Shown here: piece by piece, positions 21,705-32,790 of the stretch | Position numbering within the stretch: the stretch's first letter is position 1 | Layout: each line of letters starts with the position of its first letter | DNA from: Octopus bimaculoides | Taxonomy: Eukaryota | NCBI RefSeq assembly: GCF_001194135.2 | Contig: NC_068996.1 | Location: forward strand, 57,211,776 to 57,258,830 | Direction: 5' to 3' | DNA length: 47,055 nucleotides | Translations under genes and position numbers: made by a program | The notes under the pieces: generated by a model | What the model was told of the DNA's origin: nothing | Seen by the model: only the letters and a program-made list of their open reading frames with translations | The model's database searches: none

Positions 21705-22890
21705 GATTAAGTCAGGCAACTGCATAATTATTTAGCTCAGAATAAACCATTGTACTTGGCATTTGTTGACCTGGGGAAAGCTTTCAGCAGAGTATTTTGC
21801 TCTGTGCTATGGTGGTCTTTGAGGATGTTATGAATAGAGGAATGGCTTGTGGAAGTTGTTCCGGCTGTGTACATGAATGCTATCAGTAAGGTAAGAGCCA
21901 TCAGTACTGTAATAAATTTAGTGTGCAGGCAGTCATACATTAGGGCTCAGTTCTCAGCTCTTTCCTATACATCATTGTCCTTCATAACAGAAGAGTTTAA
22001 AACCATCTGCCCCTGGAAACTATTGTATTCTGATGATTTCACTCTCTTAGCAGAATCTGTAACAGAGTTAGAAAAGAAATTTTAGGTATAGAAGCAAAAC
22101 CTGGAATCAAAGGGCCTTAAAGTTAACTTAACAAAGACCAGCAAGAAAATAGACAAGACTCAACCCATTTCAGGGAAACAGCCCATTAAGTGTATCCAGA
22201 GCAAGCTATGGCCACACAAGAGTTGCAGTGGAATTACAGGAAGGTTAATGGAGAGAGTAGTGCTTGTGTGTGGAAAATGCACAGAAGGCATAGAGTCTAC
22301 AGATGCATGGAAATTGATTTTCTCAAATGTCCCAGACACTCTGTGGAGATAGTAGATCATTTTTGTTACTTAAGTGATAGCAGTGGAGAAGGATGTTCTA
22401 AAAGTAAGAATAAGAGTAAGTTGGAGAAAATTCAGAGACCAGTTACCTCTGTTCACAACAAAAGGTGTGTGTGTATGTCTCTCTCTCTCCCCCTCTCACT
22501 CCGCCCCTCTCTCTCTCTCTCTCCCCCTCTCACTCCGCCCCTCTCTCTCTCCNNNNNNNNNNCAAAAGGTGTGTGTGTATGTCTCTCTCTCTCCCCCTCT
22601 CACTCCGCCCCTCTCTCTCTCTCTCTCTCCCCAAGTGAAAGGCAGATTCTATGATGCTTGTGTACAAACAGCAAAGCTACATGGTTGTGCAACATGGGCT
22701 CTGAATGCAGAAGACATGCAAAAAACTAGAGAGAAAGGTAACTAGTTTTCTCCACAGGAGAGAAGACGGACATATGTGATGCGTATGAGTGAGAACAGTT
22801 ACATAAAGAAGTGCCAATTATTCAATCTGAAGATGTTGAGTCTTACAGAGTAGTTGACAAAGGACCAAAATAAAGTGGCCTTAGGATATC
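21705..22890 (+). mobile_element. RTE LINE coding fragment (RT to C-terminus), heavily decayed
   Basis: KPLYLAFVDLGKAF, WKLLYSDDF, GLKVNLTKT, half PHD, DHFCYLSD, LHGCATW, HVMRM, DLKMLSLTE. Confidence 0.9.
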
Positions 22891-22929
22891 ATTTCTTTTG
22901 TAGTGGACAGGTCTTCTGTCACTCTCTAT

Positions 22930-23625
22930 GCTCTCACATATCTGTCATAGCTCACCCCTAAACCACTCCTATATTTCTCAATATAATTAGCTAGAATCAC
23001 CTCTGCCTTTCTCTAACCTCTAACTTCATACTCTTATGAGACTTCCCCTCTACATGCCCCCTGCCCTCATATTCTTATGAAATTTTCCCTCTTTCCCCTC
23101 TGCCCACTCACCCTGTCCAATCCTCTTCATTTATATACACACACACCCCATGATACTTCGGGGGTATGCTCCCCACCATCTCATCTTCACCACCACCACC
23201 ACCATCTCTCTCTCTCTCTCTCTCTCTTTTTCTAACTCTCCTCTGCTCTCTTTCCAAACAAAGGCAGCAATGTATCTCTTCTACTGCAAAACGCCTGTTT
23301 CTGTCCCCCTATTTATACTTCTCATCAGCTGGCACAAAGCCACTGCCTTTAATACTACCCCCACCCTACCCACATCCCACCCCCACTCAATTGAGGGGTC
23401 TTTGTCTTACAAGTTACTTGGTGACCTCACTAGTGCTGGTGCCACATAAAAAGGTACCCAGTACACTTTGTAAAATGGATGGTGTTAGGAAGGGCATCCT
23501 GCCATAGAAGTCATGTTAAAAGCAGACAGTAGAGCTTAGTGCAGATCTGCAGCTTGTGAGATCCTATCAAACCAACTTATGCCATTATGGAAAACAGACA
23601 TTAAATGATGCTAATGATGATAATG
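22930..23625 (+). mobile_element. Repeat with pyrimidine-rich body and RTE-type tail
   Basis: gtgctggtgccacataaaaaggtaccc...ggaagggcatcc...gacattaaatgatg tail. Similar bodies at 41061-41480 (-) and 46230-46640 (+). Confidence 0.5.
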
Positions 23626-24136
23626 GTGTATGTGTGATAGTGAAAGTACTCAATACATAATGAAGAATATAATCACATAATTAATTCATAATTTTTTGCT
23701 TTACTCAAAGGTGAACTCTGTGTTACCTTCAAGAATTTCATGTGATATACATCTCATCAAGTAATGAAGAAAGTTTTGTTATGGAAATTTTGAAAATATC
23801 TTAGACGGTACTACAACATATCCATTTTACTGGTTATTCCTGGTCAGGTATTTCATTGAAGAGCTCCTCGTTAGAGATAATTCAAAATGTATTGTTAGAA
23901 CCTTTAAACACCCATTTCTTTGTTTTCTAAGAAAATATTACTCTCAGCATCTTGTCAAAATTTCAGATTTATCCAATTTATAATTCAAATGTAACTGATC
24001 CAGGGATATGCTCAATCAGTGTTTCTCTAAGTTTGCCAAAGGACCATTAATGTTACAAGATGTAGTTAGCCCTTCGTCTCTTTGTAGCTCTTTGTTAGTG
24101 AATTGTGTTCTTTTTTATTTATGTGGAATGTATATC

Positions 24137-24290
24137 AACATCATCAATCATCAACATTTAACATCCATTTTCTATGCTGGCATGGGTTGGAAGCTTGACA
24201 GGAACTGGTAAGGTCAAGTTCCATAGTTAGTTTTGGCTGGATTTCTATGGCTTCCTAATGCCAGACACTCCACAGAGTGTATCCAAAATT
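24137..24290 (-). mobile_element. RTE-type 3' tail
   Basis: catcatc...tttaacatccattttctatgctggcatggg...ttcctaatgcc...cactccacagagtgt. Confidence 0.65.
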
Positions 24291-24989
24291 AGGTTTCCAT
24301 CATAGCTGCTTGTATACATATCAAAAAGTACATTCCTGTGTTTCTTGATCTAGGAGGAATGGTCATAAAACAATGGTGACATTCTTGCATGCATTATTTA
24401 ATACTTATACCAGTGTTAGTTATGATAGCATATACTTTCTGAATTGTAATGTTTTGGGAACTATTATAAACTGGTGAATTTGTACTTGGGTTTCTTTATA
24501 AAATAGTAGAATCACTTGATAGCGTTGATATTGTAATATTACAAACATTAAACTCTTTGCAATGGATTTAATGTTTGCCATATTTTAGAGTTTATGGAGT
24601 CACACATATATTTAATTATCATATCTACTTTGTTTTTTAATGAACATTTTTTTTTTCATGGATATAAAATTATCCATATGGTCTTTTAATATCATATAGA
24701 ATTTGAGTGGCATGAGGTGTTCCGCCTGATCTTCTATAATTCAAAAGTGTTTCTTCTTCATTATTTATTATGTTGAATGTGTTTGGGAAATGTTTTATTA
24801 TATGTTATATTTATATTATTTGATAATGATTTGCTGCGTAACAGTTTAGTTTAGTCAGATCTTACATAAATAATGTTTGAAGGTATGTTCAAGTTCCCTA
24901 GAAAATACAGTAAACAACCCAAATTCATGAATGTGTAATATAAAAGTATGTAACCATATTATATGTATATACTAATGTATGTGTACGTA

Positions 24990-25034
<45 letters not shown>

Positions 25035-25817
25035 TTAAATGAACACACACAAACACACATACATATATGTATGCATGTAAACCTATGTACTAAACATACA
25101 AACAGAGCAAATTTCCTATTTCTCCATAAATTGAAAAACTGAGAAACATCCTTAGTTGATTTTCAAATCTTATTGGATTCTCATCAGAAGTGTCTTCATC
25201 ATTTGACCAATCTGTTTATATACTCAAGAAATTCAATAGCTTCAGAGTGTTGAAACTATTAATTTGCATGCTGTAAATAATTAATTTTTAATTTGATATC
25301 AGAGACCTGTCAATTGGTATCTCAGTCCATACCATATATGATATAATAATATATGTAACCTATGAAGTAGATATAGAAACAGGACAAGTTTACACACATA
25401 TGTAAGAGAGAAAGAGAGAGAGAAGGCTGGAAATATTGAATGGAGATGAAGCTGATCTCATTGTACTGAGTTTTGACTGATGGCAAAAAACAGCAACAAA
25501 TGGTGTGGTACTGTTCTGGAGAAGATCTGTCCAACCCAAGCAAGTATGGGTCAAGAAAAACTCAAAAATGAAAAGAAAAACATCCTCATTGTGGTAATGG
25601 TGGTGGCAGCAATGGCAATGAAGGTGACAACAACAATGCTTATCCATTTTCCTTTTCATTTTTAAAGGTGGAAACTTTCCAGCAGCTACTCGGATGCTTC
25701 ACTGTTGTGTTTGCCAGTTTTTATTCAAGCGCTACAATGTCTTGCCAAAAACATGAAACTCTAATGCTTGTGCAAACGGTTGCTGTGTTTTAAGCTTTGA
25801 AAATTTTATATATATGT

Positions 25818-25859
<42 letters not shown>

Positions 25860-26156
25860 NNNNNNNNNNNNNNNNNNNNNNNNNNNNNNNNNNNNNNNNN
25901 NNNNNNNNNNNNNNNNNNNNNNNNNNNNNNNNNNNNNNNNNNNNNNNNNNNNNNNNNNNNNNNNNNNNNNNNNNNNNNNNNNNNNNNNNNNNNNNNNNNN
26001 NNNNNNNNNNNNNNNNNNNNNNNNNNNNNNNNNNNNNNNNNNNNNNNNNNNNNNNNNNNNNNNNNNNNNNNNNNNNNNNNNNNNNNNNNNNNNNNNNNNN
26101 NNNNNNNNNNNNNNNNNNNNNNNNNNNNNNNNNNNNNNNNNNNNNNNNNNNNNNNN

Positions 26157-26207
<51 letters not shown>

Positions 26208-26397
26208 TACATAGCCTTTTAGGTTTACTTCCTCTAACCCACATGTAAGTACAAGTGTACAAGTGTATATGTGGTTACACACACACACACACACACACAC
26301 ACATATGAACGTATATAATATATGCAATATATGTATATAGGTGAGGGTGTATAAGTGGGTATATGTATGTATGTGTATATGTATATATATGTATGTA

Positions 26398-26440
<43 letters not shown>

Positions 26441-26553
26441 AATATGTGTGTGTGTTTATGTATTTCTACACAGGCAAACATTGATATATGTTTGACTTGT
26501 CTTTATTGCAGCCAATCTTTTTAGTGATCCATCCACACATTCACATACATGCA

Positions 26554-26597
<44 letters not shown>

Positions 26598-27100
26598 TAT
26601 ACAAACATATATATACACACACACACATATACACATACCCTCTTACATTCATACATACATTTGAGTCAATTGCATTGCCTATCAACACCTATTCCTTGCA
26701 CCCCCCCCCAGTTCCCTATTCCCTGTTCCCTATTCCCTGTTCCCTCTTCCACTTTCTCTCCAAAGAAATTAGGGCAGCAGCTGCTATAGCTACCGATTCC
26801 CTGGCTTCTCCCTTCTCGCTGGTTCTCCACGTTCATGCCCTCCACATAGAATTCATTGCCACTCCCACCCTTCTCCCATACACCTGCAAACCAGCCTTCT
26901 TCTTTGAGACAGTAATTTATGCATCTGGCATGATACTAGATTTTACCAGCAAGAACATGCCTTCTACACACACTTATTAACATTTACACTCACTCACTCA
27001 TGCAGGCACACTTGTGCACGCACACACACATACACACGCATAACTATAAATGCTCATGTGATCATATTCATTCATATATTTATGTGTATGTGTGTGTATG

Positions 27101-27157
<57 letters not shown>

Positions 27158-27160
27158 TAT

Positions 27161-27215
27161 GATGCTCCAGCATAGCCACAGTCAAATGACTGAAACAAGT
27201 AAAAGAATAAAAGAA
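27161..27215 (+). mobile_element. SINE-A 3' end
   Basis: gatgctccagcatagccacagtcaaatgactgaaacaagtaaaagaataaaaga, nearly identical to 45268-45314. Confidence 0.75.
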
Positions 27216-27402
27216 TATACAAGTATATATGTATATATCTACATATATATATATATATATATATATCTATATTATAATTATAATTATATATGTGTGTGTG
27301 TGTATATATATGTATATATATATGTTATATATATATGTATATATATATATATATATATATGTTTGCACATGTGTGTTTGCATGTATATATTTGTGTCCAT
27401 GT

Positions 27403-27453
<51 letters not shown>

Positions 27454-28214
27454 TAGACTGAGAAAGACAGCAAGACAAACTGCAGGAAGAGAAGGCGGAG
27501 GTATATATTTATATAGACAGACAGATGGATGTACACCTGTGTGTGTGTAGGTGGAGGTGATGGTGGTGGTGGGCTGGTTCTTCCTTCCTATTCCAGATGT
27601 CTTCTTCAACTTTGAGATGAAACAGAAGTCAAAATAAACAAACAATCATTGACTTGTGATTTCCCTCATTAAACTATAGGATTTAATTGGTTCTCCTCGG
27701 TTTTAATGGGTTCTCTTTAGTTTACTGGGTTCTCTTTGGTTCCATCCTGAAATGTTTCAATATTGTAAGTCTCTTGAAATTACTAAAACTTATGTTAACT
27801 TCAACAAAAGTAACAAAACCTTGTGGAAACAGCAACTGTAAAAATAATGCTTCTGTGGCTATTGAGTTGTTTTGACTCTTATTTCTAGCAATGGTGGTAC
27901 TGATTACTGTTCTTTGTCACTTTTTTATTTATTTTCATTTTTATATCTGCAGCATCATTAATGCTTACACCCACAATGCTCATAACACTTATATTTACTA
28001 CGCCCCAAACACTTTCATATGCAATGCTTCCTTAGTCACCCCACCCTCAGTAGAGGCAACAACTTCAACAATTCTAACATGTTTGAATGACAGTAGGTTA
28101 AAAGCAGGAACAACTGTTATGACGTCTGTTGCCAAACAATCACAGGAATCTTCGTTTCTGGAGCTGAATAACATCTCTCCTTCCTGTGTTGCTTCGCATA
28201 TCTCATTCCCAGTT

Positions 28215-31149
28215 TTCAGAGTTGGCACTCTAAATGTAGACATATTGAAAGGTAAGTCCAGTGAGATTGTAGAGATGCTTGAACGGAGATGTGTTGATGT
28301 ATGTTGCATACAAGAGGTAAGATGGAAAGGAGCTTCAGCCAGTGTCCTCACAGGCAAAGCACACAGGTATAAACTCTTCTGGGAAGGTAATAGTGATGGA
28401 ATAGGGGGTGTGGGCATATGTCTTGCAGAGAAATGGGTGGATAAGATCGTAGAGGCCAGTCTTGAAGAATGGTATAGCTACAATTATCTCTGCCTACACA
28501 CCACAAGCGGGCCTACCAAATGAACAGAAGGATCACTTATGATATTCCTCTGCAGGCTACCTCAAAGACGAGTGACAATGATCTCATCTTTGTGGCTGGA
28601 GATTCTAATGGGCATGTTGGACAGCAACCTAGTATCTTCCATGGTGTACATGGGGACCATGGAGTTAGTACCAGAAATGAAAAGGGAACTAGGTTCCTGG
28701 AGTTCTGTAATGCAAATAACACCAACTTCAGGAAGCCAGCCAGTCACTTGATAACCTATCAATCAGGTGATTCTGCTAGCCAGAACGATTTCATTCTCAC
28801 CAGACAGTGGGATGCATGGTTGCTCTTAAATACAAAGACCCTCCCTGGTGAAGAATGTACCCCCCCCNNNNNNNNNNAGACCCTCCCTGGTGAAGAATGT
28901 ACCCCCCCCACACACACACACAGAATTGACTAGTTATTAGTGATTTTAGACTCGAGGCCAGAAGGATGCTAAAAAGTAGACCAATTTGGAAAAGGAGGAC
29001 TTGGAAGCTTAAGAATCCTTCACATGGTCAGAGATTTAGGGATATCCTTACTGAGATATTTGATGATAGGGAGGAGGAGCTACAGTCCTGTGACATAGAA
29101 GGCAGCTGGGAATTCCTGCGAGACAGCTTGCTGAGTGCCACAGACCAAATCTGTGGCTGGTGCAAAATCCCTTCCAGACCTAGGGTAACATGGTGGTAGA
29201 ATACTGTAGACAGGGCCATTAGAGCAACAAAACAGGCCTGGAAGAGTGGGGGTAGCAGGGGACTGTATCAGATAGCCAAAAGGGAAGCTAGGAGACAGGT
29301 ATATATATAGCCAAGGGAGTAGCAGAAAAGAAGACGTTTGCCAATGTTCAGCAACATGAGGACCAAAGAACTGAAGTATTTCGGATTGCAAGACAGTGTG
29401 TGAGAGAAAACCATGATGTCATAGGAGAGAAATGTGTCTGCATGGATGATGGTGCCCTTGCGTTTAATGATTCTGCAAAGAAAGAGGCTCGGAGATGCTA
29501 TTATGAAAGACTGCTGAATGGGTGGAGGAGAGTCTGCTAAAGGTTGACCCAATTGAGGGACCAACTGCCCGAATCGACAGTATTCTGGAAGGTAAAGCAA
29601 TTAAGGATATGAAGACAGGGAAAGCTTCTGGCCCATCAGGAATCACTGCTGAGATGCTTAAAATATCAGGTGGTGTGGGTTATGCTCTAGTCACCTGCAT
29701 CGTAAATCAAGTAGTTCATGAAGGAGTCATACCCAATGACTGGTATAGCAGCACCATAGTCAACTGCTGCAAGGGAAAGATAATGATTTAGATAGAAATA
29801 ACTACAGGGGTATCAAATTATTGGATCAAGTGATGAAAGTTACAGAGAGGGTCATAGCCCAACTAATTAGAGAGAGAGTTAACCTAGATGAGATGCAGTT
29901 TGGTTTTGCGCAAAGCAGAAGCACCACTGATGCTATATTTCTGGTAAGGCAACCACAGGAGAAATACCTAGCCAAAGATAAACCTCTGTGCTTGGCTTTT
30001 GTTGACTTTTGACAGGGTTCCCCGATACCTTATCTGTCGGGCGATGCGGAAACTGGGGATAGACAAGTGGTTGGTAAGAGCTGTACAAGTCCTGCACAGG
30101 GATGCTGTCAGTAAGGTGAGGGTTGACAATGTGTATAGTGAAGAATTCCAAGTAGAAGTAGGGTTTCATCAAGGATCAATCCTCAGTCCCCTCTTATTCA
30201 TTATAGTCCTCCAGGCAATAATAGGAATTCAAGACAGTCTGCTCCTGGGAGCTCCTCTATGCTGATGACCTTGCCTTAATAGCTGAGTCACTACCAGAAC
30301 TAGAGATGAAGTTTAGGGTGTAGAAGCAAGGTCCAGAATCAAAGGCCTTAGGGATAACCTAACAAAAACCAAAGCCTTAGTAAGTAGGAAGGCAGACAAA
30401 CTATAAATCCCTTCTGGTAAATGGCCCTGCTTGATCTGTAGAAAAGGCGTAGGTAGAAACTCCATAAGATGTACCCAGTGTATGCAATGGACACATAAAA
30501 GGTGCAGCAATATCAAAGAAAGGTTAACCAGGAAGATAGTTTTTGTGTGTGGCAGATGCACAGGGGCAATAAACACTAACGGTGTACAGAAAATAGATTC
30601 CATCACCTGCCAGGGGAAAAAACTAGAAGTAGTTGATAGCTTCCATTACCCAGGTGACCAAGTCTGCAGCAGGGGTGGTTGCTCTGAGAGCGTAGCAGTG
30701 AGAATAAGAATAGCCTGGGCAAAGTACAGGGAGCTCCTACCTCTACCGGCAACTAAGGGCCTCTCTCTCAGGATGAATGATAAGACTGTATGATGCATGT
30801 GTATGAACATGGCAGTGAAACATGAGCCATGACTGCTGAGGACATGTGTAGGCTTGAAAGAAATGAAGCTAGTATGATCTGCTGGATGTACAATGTCAGT
30901 GAGCACACACAACAGAGTGTAAGCACCCTGAGAGAAAAGTTGGGCATAAGAAGCATCGATTGTGGTGTGCAAAAGAGACAACTACACTGGTATGGTCATG
31001 TGTTACGTATGGATGGAAGAGGTAGACCCAGGAAGACATGGGATGAGGTGAAGCATGACCTTCAAACATTGGGCCTCACAGAGGCAATGACAGAAGATTG
31101 AGATCTTTGGATAAATGCTGTGATTGAGAAAACCCAGCAACTAAAGTGA
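28215..31149 (+). pseudogene. Disrupted RTE endonuclease / reverse transcriptase polyprotein ORF
   Basis: ORF-track pieces 27891-28523, 28520-28933, 28966-29199, 29522-29791, 29821-30012, 29999-30265, 30431-30793 and 30829-31101 tile one polyprotein. Likely native stop TGA at 31147-31149 after AVIEKTQQLK. Confidence 0.92.
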
Positions 31150-31442
31150 GATCGCAGACATGGCTGATGCCAGTATTGCATGTCCGGCCCATTTAAAAGT
31201 ACCCTTGATGCATCAGGCGATATGATATGCTTGAGAAGACCTGTTGAGTCAAGTAAAACCAAAATCGTAGCTCTGGCCAGTGTCCCTTGACTGGCTCCCA
31301 TTCCGGTGACATCTAAAATGCACTATGTGAACGTGGCCAATGCCAGTAACCTCTGACTGGCTCCCATGCTGGTGGCACATAAAAAGCACTATCCGATCGA
31401 TGCCAGGCTCGTAAGACTGGTTCCTGTGTCGGTGGCATGTAA

Positions 31443-31740
31443 AAAGCACCCACTACACTCTCGGAGTGGTTGGCATTAGGAAGGGCATCCAACTGTAGAA
31501 ATTCTGCCAGATCAGATTGGAGCCTGGTGAGGCCTTCTGGTTCACCAGTCCTCAGTCAAATCGTCCAACAAAGCACCCACTACACTCTCGGAGTGGTTGG
31601 CGTTAGGAAGGGCATCCAGCTGTAGAAACTCTGCCAGATCGGATTGGAGCCTGGTGAGGCCTTCTGGTTCACCAGTCCTCAGTCAAATCGTCCAACAAAG
31701 CACCCACTACACTCTCTGAGTGGTTGGCGTTAGGAAGGGC
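31443..31740 (+). repeat. 127-bp tandem repeat (about 2.3 copies) of the RTE terminal segment
   Basis: aaagcacccactacactctc starts at 31443, 31570 and 31697. The units differ at only a few positions. Confidence 0.9.
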
Positions 31741-31975
31741 NNNNNNNNNNNNNNNNNNNNNNNNNNNNNNNNNNNNNNNNNNNNNNNNNNNNNNNNNNNN
31801 NNNNNNNNNNNNNNNNNNNNNNNNNNNNNNNNNNNNNNNNNNNNNNNNNNNNNNNNNNNNNNNNNNNNNNNNNNNNNNNNNNNNNNNNNNNNNNNNNNNN
31901 NNNNNNNNNNNNNNNNNNNNNNNNNNNNNNNNNNNNNNNNNNNNNNNNNNNNNNNNNNNNNNNNNNNNNNNNNNN

Positions 31976-32035
<60 letters not shown>

Positions 32036-32059
32036 TTTTTGTTTCTAAATCTCTGAATG

Positions 32060-32188
32060 AGAGATATTCAGTAGCAGCACTTTAAAGTCTCCTGGGGCTA
32101 AACAACAGTAGTGTTCGCCCCAAAATGGGACTCCCACATTAGGTTGGCAAATAATCGTTACTTTAAAGTGTTGTTACTGAATATCTCT
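32060..32188. repeat. Short inverted repeat / mini-MITE
   Basis: 29-bp arms 32060-32088 and 32160-32188 (27/29 complementary) around a 71-bp core. The core recurs without arms at about 32450-32524. Confidence 0.7.
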
Positions 32189-32540
32189 TGTTGGAGAGAT
32201 TCAGGAACAACAATGTTTCTATTTTATTAGATCAGTGGCTGGGAGTCACTTAGAAAATTATATACATTTTTAGATGGGTGTTTAGCAGTGACATATCTCA
32301 ACCGAAGAGTTATTCTGTGCCAAAGAAGGGAAATAAGGTGAAAACGTGTAGTCCACAGATACTGCTTTGTGCTGGGTGGGGGTGCTAACCTCCCTTGTTT
32401 GAAAATACAAGGACACAGATCATGTGTCATATAGCCAGCTGGAGAAGATGTCTCCTAGGCCTAAACAACAGTAGCTTTCACCCCAAAATGGGACTGCCAC
32501 TTTAGGTTGGCAAAAAATCATTGCTATATATATATATATA

Positions 32541-32585
<45 letters not shown>

Positions 32586-32589
<4 letters not shown>

Positions 32590-32790
32590 TTTTATCTTTT
32601 ATTTCTTTAATCATTTAACTGTGACCATGCTGTGACACTACCTTGAAGAACTTTTGTCAAACCACTACACACATGGATGTAAATGCACCAACACTGGTTA
32701 TCAAATGTTGGTGGGGAACAAATCCAGACACACACACACACAGATACACCATGTGGTTGGGAAACAAACTTCTTAACACACAGCCATAGC
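32586..32790 (-). mobile_element. SINE-A, internally deleted
   Basis: cttttatcttttatt..atcatttaactgtgaccatgctg tail and ccatgtggttgggaaacaaacttcttaacacacagcca head. Confidence 0.7.

Larger units (their letters stand above)
28205..31740 (+). mobile_element. Near-complete RTE-clade LINE (APE endonuclease, RT, embedded PHD finger, 3' UTR), inactive
   Basis: EN: RVGTLNV, CCIQEVRW, VAGDSNGHVG. RT: YRGIKLLDQVMK, QFGF, STTDAIF, AFVD, HQGSILSPLLF, YADD (30258-30269), KTK, LEVVDSFHYPGD. Tail: WYGHVLRM...GRPRKTW. Many stops and frameshifts. The 3' tail runs into the gap at 31741. Confidence 0.95.

Noticed and set aside
22459-22632. Direct duplication of about 70 bp around a 10-N gap
   Set aside because: Identical sequence on both sides of a minimal gap is typical of overlapping contig ends, so this is an assembly artefact.
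27891-28523. 210-aa ORF fusing about 108 upstream codons in frame to the RTE endonuclease
   Set aside because: The upstream part has no recognisable motif and the EN part frameshifts and has deletions soon after. Most likely a chance open frame at a 5' truncation.
28836-28909. 32-bp direct repeat (TLPGEECTPP twice) around a 10-N gap
   Set aside because: Same contig-overlap artefact; not a TSD or a protein repeat.
31150-31740. Repeat-spacer-like arrangement resembling a CRISPR array
   Set aside because: The context is eukaryotic, there are no cas genes, and the units are irregular or 127-bp tandem copies that belong to a LINE 3' UTR.
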